Assembly: GCA_013239625.1 (NCBI GenBank)
Contig: MU053365.1
Span: 62,001 to 126,000, forward strand
Length of the DNA: 64,000 nucleotides
Reading direction: 5' to 3'
Origin: Lama guanicoe
Lineage: Eukaryota
Under the pieces are notes generated by a model, which saw only the letters and a program-made list of their open reading frames with translations, was not told the origin of the DNA and did no database searches. The first letter of the stretch is position 1, and each line of letters opens with the position of its first letter. Positions 1 to 13,792 of the stretch are shown here, piece by piece. The position numbers and the translations under genes were made by a program.

Positions 1-42
<42 letters not shown>
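1..42. repeat. (CT)n(AT)n microsatellite within an L1 3' region
   Basis: Direct reading of the sequence. Confidence 0.95.
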
Positions 43-45
<3 letters not shown>

Positions 46-1270
46 AGTTCTTCTTTTTCCATTCATTTGTTGATGGACACTTAGATTGTTTCCATATCTT
101 GGCAATTGTAAATAATGCTGCTATGAACATTAGGATGCATGTATCTTTTCAAATTAGTGTTTTTTTTTTCAGATATATACTCAGTGGAATTGTTGGGTCA
201 TAGCGTAGTCCTAGTTTTAGTTTTTTGAGAAACCTCCATACTGTTTTCCACAGTGGCTACACCAAATTACATTCCCACCAACAGTGTACAAGGGTTCCCC
301 TTTCTCCACATCCTTGCCAACATTTGTTATTTGTGTTAAAAGCTTTTAAGTTTAATTAGGTCCTGTTTGTTTATTTTTGCTTTTGTTTCTTTTTCTTGGG
401 AGACAGATCCAAGAAAAGATTGCTACAATTTATGTCAAAGAGTGTTCTGCCTATGTTCTCTTCTAGGAGTTTTATGGTTTCAGATGCTATATTTAGGTCT
501 TTAATCCACTTTGAGTTTATTTTTGTATATGGTATGGGGAAATCTTCTAATCTCATTGTTTTATAGGTAGCTGTCCAGTTTTCCCAGCATTACTTATTGA
601 AGAGGCTTTCTCCATTTTATATTCTTCCCTCTTTTGTCATAGCGCAAGTAGCTGTAGGTTCATGGGTTTATTTCTGGGCTCTCTAATCTGTTCCATTGAT
701 CTGTGTGTCTGTTTTTGTGCCAGATACCATGCTGCTTTGATTACTGTAGCTTTGTAGTAAAATTTGAAGTCTGGGAGGGTTATGCTTCCAGCTTTGTTTT
801 TTCTCAGGATTGCTTTGGCAATTCAGGGTCTTTTGTGGTTCCATATAAATTTTAGAATTATTCATTCTAGTTCCATGATAAATGTCATCAGTATTTTTAT
901 AGAGATTGTATTCAATCTGTAGATTTCTTTGAGTAGTATGGCCATTTTAATAATATTGATTCTTCCAATCCAAGAGTGCAGGATATCTTTCCATTTCTTT
1001 GAATCATCTTCAATTTCTTTCATCAATGTTTTATAGTTTTCAGTGTAAAAGTCTTTTGCCTCCTTGGTTAAGTTTATGCCTAGATATTTTACTTTATTTT
1101 TTGATGCAATTTTAAGTGGGATTGTTTGTTACTTTCTCTTTCTGATATTTCATTATTAGTGTATAGAAACACAACAGATTTCTGTATATTACCATTGTGT
1201 CCTGCAACCTTTGCTGAATATATTTATTAGTTCTAGTAGTTTTTGGGTGGAGACTTTAGGGTTCTCGATT
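43..1270 (-). mobile_element. LINE-1 ORF2 3' half, degenerate, with an internal deletion near 337
   Basis: Minus-strand ORF 371..556 ([14 protein letters not shown]...KLLEENIG) matches the L1 ORF2 C-terminal region. The sequence closely parallels the L1 at 53885-55924. Confidence 0.93.
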
Positions 1271-1555
1271 TTTTTTCTGTTGGAGTCTCTTTTCTGCTTA
1301 TTTGTAGGGGCTCTTTACATCTTAAGGGTAGTGACCCTTGTTTGTCACATGTATTACATTTTTTCCAAATTTGTTATTTCTCTTTTATTCTTATTTATGG
1401 TCTCTTTGAAGTAAATAAATTTAATGCTTTTATGAAGTCAAAACTAGCAGTCTTTTCCTTTATAGCTTCTACCTACTTATGCCTAAAGAATTATTCCTTC
1501 CTCTGAGATTAAATATTCACATTTAACTATTTATTTCATAGGGTATTTATAATGG

Positions 1556-2043
1556 TGTAGAGAAGGAAAAAATTTTTCCTCTGCCCTTCCAGGTTCTTGG
1601 CTGAGACCCTCCTGTAATAAAAAACAGATTAACAGGAGAAAAACAAACGATTTTAATTACATGTGCACATATGTATGTACAAAAGCCCCACAAAGATATG
1701 AGCCTCAAAAAGGCAGCCAGGCAACTGAGGCTTATATACCACCCTACGTTAAGGAAAGGGACAGGGGTCTGGGGCTTCAAAGGGGTAGAAGGCTACTCAC
1801 AGGAAGGTGAGAAGAGGAAATATATGGTAAACAGAATTTGCCCTGTCATGTAGGTAAGTCTTTCAGATGAAAAAAATGATCTCTAGTAATAGCTCTTCCT
1901 GGTTCAGGCCCCTTTCTAATATGAATGTCTCTTACAAAAGGGTAACTTCCACTGTTTTCAGAGTTTCTCCTGTGTCTGCAGTGTCTCAAAATAATCCTTA
2001 ACAAAGAGTCGTATTTGAGGATGGCATATTCTGCTACTCTTCA
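1556..2043 (-). mobile_element. ERV1-type solo LTR (488 bp)
   Basis: TG...CA termini and a perfect 4-bp TSD ATGG (1552-1555, 2044-2047). U5-like end lies on the minus strand. Confidence 0.85.
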
Positions 2044-2599
2044 ATGGAATATAGTGCAAGATACTGATTCATTTTATTTTTTCCCCTACATTTAACCAGT
2101 TCTAACAGAGCCATCCAAACTCCTTACTAGCTTCGATTTCAAATCCTTCTTGCTAAAATCATAGTTTATTCTGAGTATTCTAAGTTTAAAATTGTATTTT
2201 CCAACTTCTTATTGTTAGCATACAGAATACTCTAAATCCTGTACATTTATTTTGTAACTACTGAACTGAATTCTCTTAGTAGTTCTTATAGATGATTCTC
2301 TTGCATTTCTCAGTAGAAGTAGTGTGATAACAGTTACAAATATGATAATTTTTGTCCTCTACCTCTCTATGTTACCTTTATTTTTCTTGCTTTGCTATGT
2401 ATATATCTATGAATAATAATACAAAATTGGGATCATATAGAACATAAAATTTACATATACAATATATCTCTGTTTAATATAGTGTTAGCATTTCCTCACT
2501 GGTACCTTATTACTTTAAGAAAATCCTACATTTAATATTTGTATAAAATTCCATTGTATGAAATACACTATAATTTGAAAAACTTTGGGGGATTTCTTT

Positions 2600-3705
2600 A
2601 AATTTATTTAACTTTTGATTTTGAAATAATTTCAGACTTACAAAAATTTACAAACTAGTACAAAGGATTCTCATATACACTTCATCCAGTCTCCTCTGGT
2701 GTTAACATCCTATGTAATCATAGTACAAGTATCAAAACCAGAAAATTATCATTGATACAGTGTGATTAACCAACCTACAGACCTTATTCAGATTTTATCA
2801 ATTGTTCCATTAATTTCTTTTCTTTTTTGGTCCCGGATCCAACCCAGGATCACACATGGCATGTAGTTGTCATGTCTCCCTTGGCTTCTATGATCTGGGG
2901 CAGTTATTTAGTCCTTACTTTTACTGATTCTGAAATTTTGAAGAGAACTGCCCACTTACTTTGTCGAATGCTGTTCAATTTGGGTTTGTCTGAGATTAAA
3001 TTCATATTTTGCATTTTGGGCAAGAATACCACAGAAGTGATGCCGTGCCTTTCTTAGGTCATCATATCAGAAGGTGCCTGATACTCACATGTCCCAATGC
3101 TGATCATGTGAACTTTGATGATTGTTTGCCAGGTTTTGTTCACTGTAAAGTTACTATTTTTCCCTTAGTAATTATAAATATCTTGTGGTAAAATTTTGTG
3201 AGACTATGTACTTTCACCCACTAGTTTTGGCATCAACTGCTGAGTTTTCCTTTAAACTATAATGTTTGCCAAATGGTGATTTTCTATGTCCTTTATTCTG
3301 CCTATATTTATGAGTTGAAAGAGCCTTTCTTTCTACCTCATTTATTCATTCAATCAAATATTTCTATATCAGAATGAACTCACAGATATTTACTTTATAC
3401 TTTGGGTTACACTCGAATACTACTTTATTTTGTTGCTCAAATTGTTCCAAATTTAACCATTGAGTGCTCTTTCAGGTTGGCTCCTAAATTCCTTTGGCAT
3501 GTCCTCATCCTTTTCATCTTTGAGCATTTCCTATTTTCTGATACTACAAGGTGCTCCAGGCTCACCTTGTACATTTACTGCTCCAGTCCATTCCTCCAAT
3601 GAAAATGGTATTAAGAAATTAAGATCTGGGCACTAGGTGTGGTCACTGCTACTGGGGTCATTGCTTCTAGGTCTTCTCAGTAGACAGAGCAAGGAAGTAC
3701 ATGTG
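2600..3705 (-). mobile_element. Ancient L1 3' UTR (L1MC4/L1MC5-like)
   Basis: Characteristic 'ttttgaaataatttcagacttacaaaaa...' end. Similar to the element starting at 18945. Confidence 0.75.
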
Positions 3706-3707
3706 TA

Positions 3708-3734
3708 GACACACACACACACACACATACACAT
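3708..3734. repeat. (CA)n microsatellite
   Basis: Direct reading. Confidence 0.9.
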
Positions 3735-4085
3735 TCAGATGCATATTGTATGTCCTGCTAAGGAAACACCTTTACAATCACACTTCATTAAGAATGATTA
3801 TTAGGAACTCATGTGGATTTTAACTAATGGCCTCTTGACACCTATTACGATGGTCATATGGCTTTGATTTTGATGTGATGAATACTAATCATAGATTTTT
3901 CTAATAACCATCTAAAATAAAACCTGCCTAGTCCTAATAAACCAGTCTTACAAATGTATTATTTTTCAAGAATTGTTTTGCTGGTAGTTTATTTAGAATT
4001 TATACTTCTGCTTTACAAATTAGGTAGATTTTTTAGTTCTCATTTTTGGTGCTTTGTCAAGTTTGGATATAGAAGTGAAGGCATC

Positions 4086-4558
4086 GGTATTAGTTTCCCG
4101 TGGCTGCTGTAACAAGTTATCACGGCCTGGGTGGCTGGAAACAACAGATATTTATTCTCTCATAGTTCAGGGGGCCAGGAGTCTGAAATGAAGGTGTAGA
4201 TGTGGTTGGTTCCTTCTAGAGGCTCGGAGAGGGTGGAACATGTGTTGCACTCCTCTCTCTCCTAGCTTTTAGTGTTGTTGGCAATCCTTGGCATTTCTTG
4301 ACTAATAGATGCATCACTCCAATCTCTGCTTCTATCTTTATCTGGCTTTCTGTCTATGTGTTTCTCTGGGTCCTTTGGTTTTCTCCTAAGGACACCAGCC
4401 ATTGGATTTAGGACTCACCCTAAATCTAGAATGATTTCATCTTGAGATCTGTAACTAATTCTAACTGCAAAAGCTCTATTTCCAAATAAGATCACAGTCT
4501 GAGGTTCCAGGTGTACATAAATGGGGCCAGGTTGGGGGACACTATTCAACCCACTATA
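4086..4558 (-). mobile_element. MaLR solo LTR (MLT1A-C-like)
   Basis: Begins 'gtattagtttcc..ggctgctgtaacaa' and ends 'ggggacactattcaacccactata', as in the reverse-complemented MLT1 consensus. Confidence 0.85.
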
Positions 4559-5699
4559 GTGGCTCAGTAAAATTAAAGTGAATAGAACTTTTATTTATTT
4601 ATTTTTATTTTTTTGCAATTTGGAACTAGAGTCTCCTTTTAGTCATGGTAGCATAAAAGCTAAGTGTGAGGCCTTTATACACACATTTCTCACTTTAAAT
4701 CACTGATATTTGCAGGTACCATATTCTAATCTTTGGTATTCCTTTACTGTTTAGGCTATTTAGTGCCTCCACCATCTTTATAGTTATTCCATTGATTAAT
4801 TGTGTTTTCTCCTATACAAATCTATAAATCATATGTAATCATGTAATTCTGAAGTGTTTATATGTTAATCAATGCAGCAGGGAATGTGGATGATATAGAT
4901 AGATAAGATTATAAATATTGGCATCTGGCAATAAGCTGACATCTGGTGTGTAGTACCACCAGATACTTTTTATTAATTGATTTATGTTCATAATTGGCTT
5001 GTGCGTATGACATAAATATCACTCTTATTTTTATTTAAAAAATTAACCATACATTTGTGACAGCTTTAATAGGGATTAAACTACTCTAATCAGCTCACAT
5101 CATATTGAAGACCTACTATTTTCACCATATGCTGTAGAAAGGCAGCCTCAACTTTCAGTCCTGATACTGTTCCCAGGGGAGCTATTCAAACTCATAAGAT
5201 GAGTTGAATTTTAGTGGGCGGATAACTCCTCTGCCAGACCTAGGGAGTAACCTGAAGATGCCAAGAAGATCAAAGAGAGGGGGTCTGGCAAGCTCTCCAA
5301 GGAGCATGTGTGACAGATGGGGAAGTGGGAGGGATCGTCAGTGGATGGAGGCCAACCTGGGGCAGGCCATTCTGCGAAGGGTTTGCAGGAAGGGAGGGCA
5401 AGTCCCCACCTTCTCTGCAGAGACCACTTGAATGGACCAAATCTTTTCTGCCTTTGGTTTGGTTCATATCCAGCCTCGTCAGCAATGCCAATGACCCCCC
5501 CTCTACCCCCACCAGAGGATCACATCCCAGTTTGTAGCCTGAGCTCCGAACTAGGGAATATAGGCGAGAAACCTGTCATGCTTGGAGGCTCAGCTGGCTA
5601 GAAGGGGTATTTAATCTCACCCAGACCACTTGGAACAGAAGAGAACCACTCCAGATTGAAAAACTGAGTCTTGTACTTTCTTTGAATGTTCCCCCTCCA

Positions 5700-6100
5700 C
5701 CTTTTAAATGAATATATGGTAGGTGCTCAATTCATGTTTAGTGAGTAATGCTTCTTGATTTCTTCTGTAATACCTAGCACAAAGCTGAGCACGCGGTAAC
5801 AGCTGGCCACCATTTTCTTTAGCACCCTGCTGCCTACCGGTTGCCTGCCTGAATTATCTCACTTAATCCTCACAAGAAAAGCAGATGACACCAACCTCAG
5901 AAGCCCCTGTGAGGATTAAGTGATAGAATCCATGTAAACCACTTACCATAGTGAGTAGCTATTATGAAGCTGATTTTATAGATGAGGAAATGGAGGATCA
6001 GAAAGGTTAACAGTGTGCCCAAAGTCACACAGTTAGGAAATAATAGAATTGGGATTGTAGCCTGACTTTATTAGGCTCAAAGCTCAGGTCCCCACTGTCC
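5700..6100. mobile_element. L2 tail and MIR fragments in both orientations
   Basis: MIR core 'ttttatagatgaggaaatggagg...gcccaaagtcacacag' plus an oppositely oriented 'tgtgaggattaagtga'. Confidence 0.7.
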
Positions 6101-7567
6101 TATGGTAGGACATAAGACTGGGTTACCAGTATAGAATAAACAGCCTCTTTAAAGGCTGTCTACCCCATGAGCACATTAAGCTGGTTATTTGGCTATACTA
6201 TTTTGCCAATTAATTTAGGACTTGCTTAAGACCAATAAAAATGATTATGGAAAAGTTTTAAAGTTTCCAGAGAAGTGACTATTTAATTTTGGCACAGTGG
6301 AACAAGTAGGGCAGAGGAAAAGGGAGGAGAAGAAGGCTGGCAGAAGCCTTCATTGTATCGCCATGTGCCTGTTTTTCAAATTAGACATTCCAAAGTCTTC
6401 CATCAATGTGGTTTGGTGTGTCCATCTAGGCAGTTTTCCACTACTTAAAAAAGACACAAAAGCTTTTGTTCATCATGAAAGAATTTTCTCATTCCCACCT
6501 AGCATAACTGCCAAGAACAAGATCTGTTACAGTCATTGGAAAGAAGAATGATGGCCTTTCTCTGCCTAATGCCACATAGTAGAATTCAAGACCAAGTGGA
6601 GACACTGCAAAGGCAGCAGCCTCTTATGTAGGTCAGGGATGCTGATGCTATGGTTTATGAGAGTTTCCTTTTAGATCATTTCTCTCCAGGGAAGGTCTGG
6701 GGTGCTTCAGCCACTATAAAGAATTGTGTGCTTTTGGAAAGGGCCATCTGCCTCCCTTGGTTTTCAGATGCGAAATCTGAAACCCAGTCAGAAGAAGGGA
6801 TTTGCTCCATGTCACGCAGCAAGAGTGGCCAAACTGGGACTTGAACCTGGGATCTTCTCCAACTTGCTCCAACCTCACTGAGAAACGCTGAAGTATGCAC
6901 CGAATCATACGTGCTAGATAAACTGTCAGGGGAAACGGGTAAAGAACTGTGAATAACGAACGTCAAAGTCAGTCTGGTAATTATGATAAGCAGAACAGCA
7001 GAGTAACTACTGTCAGGTAGCTACTGATGTAAATTGAGTATCTGCTGCTCACTAAAAGGGGGATGATGTATAACAACTGTAGCTTTAATTCCCCATAAAT
7101 CGATCTGCAAATCCACTAGTTTGGAACCACTTGCCAGCTCTCTGCATGCTTTCAAGGTATTCGCTCTGTTCAACATTACAATCACTCTAGACTTAGGAAT
7201 GGGTATGCGCCTTTGGGTCTTGACTTTTTTCTTTTCTTTTCCTCCAACACTTCCAGGCCAGCAAACTGCCCTGTAGGTGGCCTTTCGCTTTTTGCCCATT
7301 TGCTGTTAAGGACCCACGAGGTTTTTTTTTTTTTTTTCCTTTTTTTTTGGGTAATGAGGGAGTAGTCCTGTTGGAAGAAACAAAACCAAGCACATCTTGC
7401 CCCACTTCCCCAAGCTCTACTCTTCTCTCAGTCTAGTCATCTGTGAATTGGGAACAATATTGCTGTTTTATTTGGGCACCTGCCAGCCCCTGCTGGATAC
7501 TGGACAGCCTGACCCCACACAAGAATATTTGGATTTTGGGACAAATGACATATGGGCACCAATGCAT

Positions 7568-8053
7568 GTGGTGGTAGGCTGAAAAATGGCTCTTTGAGAA
7601 TTCAGGTCCTAATCCCTGGGACCTGTAAATGTGGCCTTATTTAAAGAAAAGTTCTTTGTAGATGTGATGAAGTTAAGGATCGTGACATGAGGACATTATC
7701 CTGGATTCTCTGAGAGGGCCCTAAATGCAGTCACATGTATCCTTATAAGAGGTAGACAGAGGTGACACACACACACAGAGGAGGAGATATGAAGATGGAA
7801 CAGAGAGATTTGAAGATTCTAGTTTTGAGGATGAGGCCACAAGTCAAGGAATGCTGGCAGCCACCAGAGGCTGAAAGAGACTGAGGGTGGATTTTCCCCT
7901 GGAGCATCCAGAGGAAGCATGGCCCTGCTAACACCTTAATTTCAGGCAAGTGAAACTGATTTCTGACTCCAGAACCATAAGAAAATAAATTTCTGTTGTT
8001 TTATGCCACCAAGTCTATGGTAGTCTGTTACAGCAGCCACAGGAAACTAATAC
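7568..8053 (+). mobile_element. MaLR solo LTR (MLT1C/D-like)
   Basis: Starts 'tgtggtggtaggctgaaaaatggc', has AATAAA near 7984, ends 'acagcagccacaggaaactaatac'. Confidence 0.88.
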
Positions 8054-8412
8054 CATCAATTACTCACATAGTAAACAGCACAAAGATTCCCCAAGGCAAA
8101 GGCTCAGGTTCAGTTTCAGGCAAACCAGCACTGAGGTGGTGGTGGATGGCTTCAGGTTTTTATTGTGGTGAGGGGAGGAACTGGGATGGGAGTTTGTGCA
8201 TGAGGGCTGGGCCTTTCATGGTTTGAAATTCCCACTGGTGCCCAGAGACAGAGCTCCCAGCTTGCTCAGATATGGGGCAAAAGGGAAAGGAGGAGGGATG
8301 GGGCCTGAGAGCTCTCAGCAGTCAAAATTCAAAATGAAGTTAAGGCGCTTTATTACAATGACCGAACTCACAGAGTCATTGTGAGGATTAAGTTAAAACA
8401 AGTAAAGCCTTT

Positions 8413-8594
8413 GGGGAGGAAGGGTATAGCTCAGCAGTAGAGCGCATGCTCAGCATGCACGAGGTCCTCGGTTCAATCCCCAGTGCCTCCATTAATAAAG
8501 AAATAAACCTAATTACCCCCACACAATAAAAAAATAAAATAAATTGTAATAAAAAATAAAATAAATGTTCTAAAAAAAAAGAAAACAAAGCAGA
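8413..8594 (+). mobile_element. tRNA-derived camelid SINE (vic-1-like), inserted in a MIR
   Basis: Pol III A box 'tagctcagcagtag', B box 'ggttcaatccc', A-rich tail. TSD TAAAGCCTTT at 8403-8412 and 8595-8604. Confidence 0.9.
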
Positions 8595-8724
8595 TAAAGC
8601 CTTTAGAACAGGGTTGGAAAACAGGGCTCTGCACAAATTAATTTTCTCACAAATATTATCTGTTACTATTTTGACCATTTTTAAAATCACTTTTTTTTTT
8701 TCAGTTTCCTAAGCTAGTATTGGA

Positions 8725-9130
8725 GTACTCAAGAAGCTGGTTCTGAGCTCTCTTTTCTCGCTCTACACTTCCTCCCCAGGGTGATGTCATTAATCCCTAT
8801 GCCTTTCAGTGATACACAAATTTTCCCCGCCATGGATCCAAGCCCCACAATACAACATCCAGTTCCCTATTCACCTTCTCTACATGGGCCTCTAATAGAC
8901 ATCTCAGACTCCGTAAGTCTCCTAAACTGAGCCCATGGTCTTCCTCAGCAAATACTGGTCCTCTATCCAGTCTTCCCTGCCTGGTTGAATCATACCACCA
9001 TCCTTCCTGTTGTTCAGTCCAGGAACCTGGAAGTTACCCTTGACTCCCCCAACCACTCCAATCATCAGCAAGCTCAGCTGATTCTATCTTCTCTCCATTG
9101 CCACCAGCTACTTCATCTCATTCCCTAAAA
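8725..9130. mobile_element. L2 LINE fragment
   Basis: C/T-rich L2-like motifs ('tctaatagacatctcagact', 'aacctggaagttacccttgact'). Confidence 0.65.
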
Positions 9131-9202
9131 GCACACCAGGCTTGGAAACTCCATCAAAAGTTCCCAAGGAGACCTGCGCACCAACTCTGAATCTCTCTAG
9201 AT

Positions 9203-9370
9203 CAGCGGTCTTCCATCTTGGCTGTATTTTAGAATCACCTGTTTTTGTTTTTTCAGTGATCAGGCCATACTTCCGATAAAGTAGGTCAGAATCTCTAGGG
9301 GTCTCAGACATCGCAAAATTTTAAATCCCCTCAGGTGATTCCAAAATGCAACCAAGATAGAAGGCCGCTG
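9203..9370. mobile_element. MER5-type hAT-Charlie MITE
   Basis: Inverted termini cagcggtcttccatcttgg / ccaagatagaaggccgctg, with internal 'agaatcacctg' and 'caggtgattc'. Confidence 0.8.
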
Positions 9371-9559
9371 TGTTGGAATTTAGATAAGAAGCTGGACCCT
9401 GATACCAGAGCAAATAGACAGAAGAGATGGACTAGGCCTGGCTGTGTTAGTGCCACGTGGCTTCCCAGCTGCCAGCTCTTCTGGCTGCTTGTGGCCCAAC
9501 AGTAAATACTTCTTTTCTTTTCTTTTATCTTCTCTTCCCTTCTCTTTTCTTTTGACAGT

Positions 9560-10030
9560 GTTTTATTTTTTTATTGTGATTTAAAAACATGTAACATAAA
9601 ATCTACCATCTTAACCGTTTTTAAGTGTATAGCTCAGTAGTGTTAAGACTATCACATTGTTGTACAACAGACTGTAAAATTTTTTATCTTGCAAAACTGA
9701 AACTCTATACCCATTGAACCTCTTTTCCCTCCCCCCCACAAGGCCTGGCAACCGCCATTCTACTTCCAGTCTCCATGACTTGGACTACTCTAGGAACCTC
9801 TGTAAGTGGAATCATGTAGTATTTGTCTTTTTGTGACTGGCTTATTTCATTTAGTATAATGTCCTCAAGGACCGTCCATGTTGTAGCCTGCATCAGAATT
9901 TCCTTTCTCTATAAGGCTGAATAATATTCCATTGTAGGTATACTGATTGCCAACCAGTTGTCCAAAGCAGTTGTAACATGTTATACTCCCTCCAGCAGTA
10001 ATGAGAGTCACAGTTGCAATGGATATATTC
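9560..10030 (-). mobile_element. L1MB-type 3' end
   Basis: 'ggcaaccgccattctactt...gtggaatcat...tgtgactggcttatttca' motif. ORF 9705..9893 resembles the L1 ORF2 terminus. Confidence 0.8.
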
Positions 10031-10299
10031 TCTATGGACTTAACCTCAGTGAGTTCTCTGTGGGAAGTATAAAATGTTCTGTTAGATTTTGATGAGTAAG
10101 TATACTCTGGGTGACCTTGGGGACCACACATAAATGAACTGTGATACCTGGCTTCCGTGTCTGCTTTATCACTGGTATTGGTGATTGTGATAAATGGAAA
10201 TGGCAGTGTTCCTCAGACTTGAGACCACAGGACATATTCTTAGGAATCCACAGATACATTCCTGAGGTCTTCATATAATCAGGTTTGAAAATCACCTTT

Positions 10300-10460
10300 A
10301 AGTTAATCCTTACAATCAACTTATAAGGTAGGTACTATTATTAACCCCATGTTACAGATGAGGAAATTGAGAGTCAGAAAGAGAAAATGATTTACCCAAG
10401 ATCACACAGCTTGTGAGCAGTAGAATCAAGACTCAAGTCTAGGTCTTATTGCCAAACACA
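10300..10460. mobile_element. MIR SINE
   Basis: Core 'ttacagatgaggaaattgagagtcaga...cccaagatcacacagct'. Confidence 0.75.
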
Positions 10461-10519
10461 TTGTGATTATAAAGCACTAACTCATAAACTACCTTCATGA
10501 CAATAATTCTTGTTCATCT

Positions 10520-11325
10520 ATTTTTAAACAGCCTTATTGAGATATAATTCACTCATTTATAGTGTAGAATTCAATGATTTGATATATTCACAAAGTTCTG
10601 TAGCCTTCAGCTCAGTCAATTTTAGAATATTTTCATGACTCCGAAAAGAAATCCCATACACCACAGTCATCACCCCCAATCTGCCTGTCCCTTCCCAGCC
10701 TTAAGCCACCACTAACATATTTTCTGCATTTATAGTTTTGCTTATTTTTGATATTTCATATAGATGGAATAATATAATATGCAGTACTTTGTGCCTGGCT
10801 TCTTGCACTTAGCATAATGTATTCAAAGCTCATGCATTATTATAACACGTATTAGAAGTCCATTTAATTTATGGTCAAATAATATTCTATTGCATTGTGT
10901 ATTGGATGTACCACATATTTATCTATTCATCAGTTGATGAACATTTCGGTTTTTTCCACCTTTTGGCTATTGTGAATAATGCTGCTATGAACATTCATGT
11001 GCAAGTTTTTGTGTGGACATAGTTTTCATCTTTCAAATATCTACCTAGGAGTGGAATTCCAGGATCACATGGTAACGATGTTCAGCTTTTTGGGGGATCT
11101 GCCAAACTGTTTTTCAAACAGTGACACCATTTTACATTCCCACAAACAGGGTATGAAAGTTCCAATTTTTTCACAACCTCGCCAATACATGCTATTATCT
11201 GACTTTTTAATTACTGCTATCCTAGTTGGTATGAAGTGGTATTTTGGTTTTGATTTACATTTTACTGATCACTAATGATGCTGAGTATCTTTTTATGTGC
11301 CATTAGCCATTTTGCATATCTGCTC
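10520..11325 (-). mobile_element. L1MB-type 3' end plus ORF2 terminus
   Basis: Typical antisense L1MB 3' sequence. Confidence 0.8.
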
Positions 11326-11329
11326 AACG

Positions 11330-12700
11330 AACTGCAAGTATGATAATCTCAAAAATATTTATATCTAGACACAACATAATAAAATTCTGTCCAAAGACAA
11401 AGAGAGGATCTTGAAAGGAGCAGGAGAGAAGTGACTCTCCACTTGCAAGGGATGCTCAGTAAGATAAGTTGATTTCTCACCAGAAACCATGGAGGTCAGA
11501 AAGCAGTGAGATGACAGTTTCACAGCACTGAAAGGAAAAAAACAAGACAAAACAAGCTACTATCAATCAAGAATTCTGCATATTGAAAAACGTGTATCAT
11601 TCAAAAATGAAGGAGAAATTAAGACATTCCCAGATAAAAACAAAGATGGAGGGACTTCATCAAGAGCAAACCATCGTAATAAGAAATGATAAAGGAAGTC
11701 CTTCAGGCTGAAATGAAAGAAAACTAGATTATAACTTGGATCCACATGAAGAAATAAGGGACACAAGTAAAGGTAACTATGTAAATACGAAAGACAGTAT
11801 AAGTGTACTAAGACAGTATAAATGTACTTGTGTTTGTAACTTCTTTTATAGTCTATATGATTTAACAGACAGCTGCATAATGTGATCATTATAAATCCAT
11901 GTTGAGGGTCACAAAATATATAAGATGTACTTTGTGGTGATAACAGTATATGGGGAAAAGAGCCATAAAGAAGTAGTCTTTGTACATTATTGAAATTAAG
12001 TTAATATTAATCTGAACTAGACATTTATACATGAAGATGTTCATAGTAATCCCCAGGGCAATCACTAAGAAAATAACTCAAAAATATAGAATAAAATAAA
12101 TGAGGATGAAAAAAATTGTTCATTTTAAATATGTATTTAACTCAAAACAAGGCAGTAATGGAGGAATTGAGAAACAAAAATACATAAGAAATGTAGAAAA
12201 GGAAAAATGGCAGACATGAATCCCACCTTAGCAGTAGTTATATTAAATGTAAATGGATTAACACAATTAAAAGGCAGACATTGGCATAATTGATTTAAAA
12301 ACCACATTATCCAGCTATAAGCTGTCTGCAAGAGACACACTATAGATTGCAAGATATTAACTAGTTGAAAGTAAAAGCATGTAAAAAGTTATGTCCAGAA
12401 ATGGATAAGTTGATCCTAAAATTCACATGAAAGGCAAGGGATCAACAAAAATAAAACCAATTTTGAAAGAGAAAACATACGTCTGGATTTTCAAACAACA
12501 CTACAGTGATCGAGACGGTGTGGTACCGGCGTAAAGATAGACATATAAATCACGGCAATCGAATTGAGAGGCTGGAAATAAACCCATACGTCTATGGTCA
12601 GTATGTGAGATTTTTCAGTGAATGGTGCTGGGACAACTGAATAGCTACAGGCAAAGAAGGAATTCTGACCTGTCCCCCATACCATATGAAAAATAACTCT
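11330..12700 (+). mobile_element. Ancient L1 (ORF1 end, inter-ORF and ORF2 pieces)
   Basis: ORF1 motif 'gatttctcaccagaaaccatggaggtcagaaagcagtg', ORF2 start 'attaaatgtaaatggattaa', then a jump to later ORF2 near 12395. Confidence 0.75.
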
Positions 12701-13727
12701 TGATTATAATCATTCTATGGAGTAGCTGTGCTAGAACTTCTAGGAATCCGTAAAGAATAGAAATCAGAGCTGTGAATGGGACCTAGGCAGCCATTGTGTA
12801 GCATGCTGTGGTCCCTCTTCATTTTCACTCTCAGGGACAGACCTCTGCTCTGTCTCTGTCTCTGTCATATCAATGCACCTAATAGGAAGTGCACTGAAGC
12901 CCTGGCAGCTATATATTTTTTTGTTCCTGAAAGCACCTGTCTGCATTGCTGTGCATGGGCCAACTCCAATTCGCCCCCCTTCTTCAAAATCTTTCCAGCT
13001 TGTGCCAGTCTATACTGTCCTGCTGGGTGTCAGCATGCCCCCAAAATCTTGTTTGCCATCTCTCTGTTGGAGGCATCTGTCTTCTGGAAGCTTCTACCAC
13101 TATACAGTTCTAGTGTCCATGGCAATCTTTGAAATGGTTGCTTGGGCGTGGCTCAGAGGCTCCTGCCCAGCTGAGAAAGGCAACACAAGAAGGTGTGTGA
13201 CAGATGACGGATTGCAGCTGCTGAGCTGGTCCTGAGTCCTGAGCCAGCCGTTGGTGCCGAGTGGATGGGTATCATATGTCTCACCTGTACCGAAGGAGCC
13301 GCAGCACGCAAGCGCACTCGCTCACGGCAGCCCGGGGCTGAATGCCTCCTGCGTCGCGCTGCCTTCCTCTCAGCAGCGCTCAGGCACGGGTAGACCGGGC
13401 TGTGGCTCTGCTCGAACCAGGCAGCTCACGGTGAAGGTGGGAACATGCTGGGGCTCTCTGTTCTGGGAGGGACTTCGGGCCACCCACACACCCACAGCTA
13501 CTAAGCACCGTCTTGATGTTCATCAACCATTTAAAGGGGCATTTTTTTTCATTCTGTGTTTTATTGCATTCACAACCTTTATTCATACACTGTTTTATTA
13601 CATAATTGTGGCCTTGTTATGAATGTATATTTTTATTCTGCTATTTTTATTGCTACACAGGCATTTTTTATTACACATAATTTGTAAATCTATCATTGTC
13701 CAGGCTGTATAAATATTCTATCCTGTA

Positions 13728-13792
13728 TAGTGGTTTCAACTAGGGACAGTATTATCCCCCAGGGAACATTTGGAAATGTCTGGAGACATGTT
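13728..13792. mobile_element. MER20 fragment
   Basis: 'tagtggtttcaac...cccagggaacatttggaaatgtctggagacat'. Confidence 0.7.

Noticed and set aside
5160..5680. Purine-rich segment resembling an old LTR (also 43720-44480)
   Set aside because: No termini, TSD or family could be established by eye.
8413..8490. tRNA-like gene (also 15477-15555)
   Set aside because: A/B boxes are present, but they are followed by an A-rich tail and flanked by TSDs. These are SINEs, not tRNA genes.
11791..11828. 19-bp tandem duplication (AAGACAGTATAA(G/A)TGTACT x2)
   Set aside because: Two units only, inside decayed L1. A routine slippage duplication, not an array.
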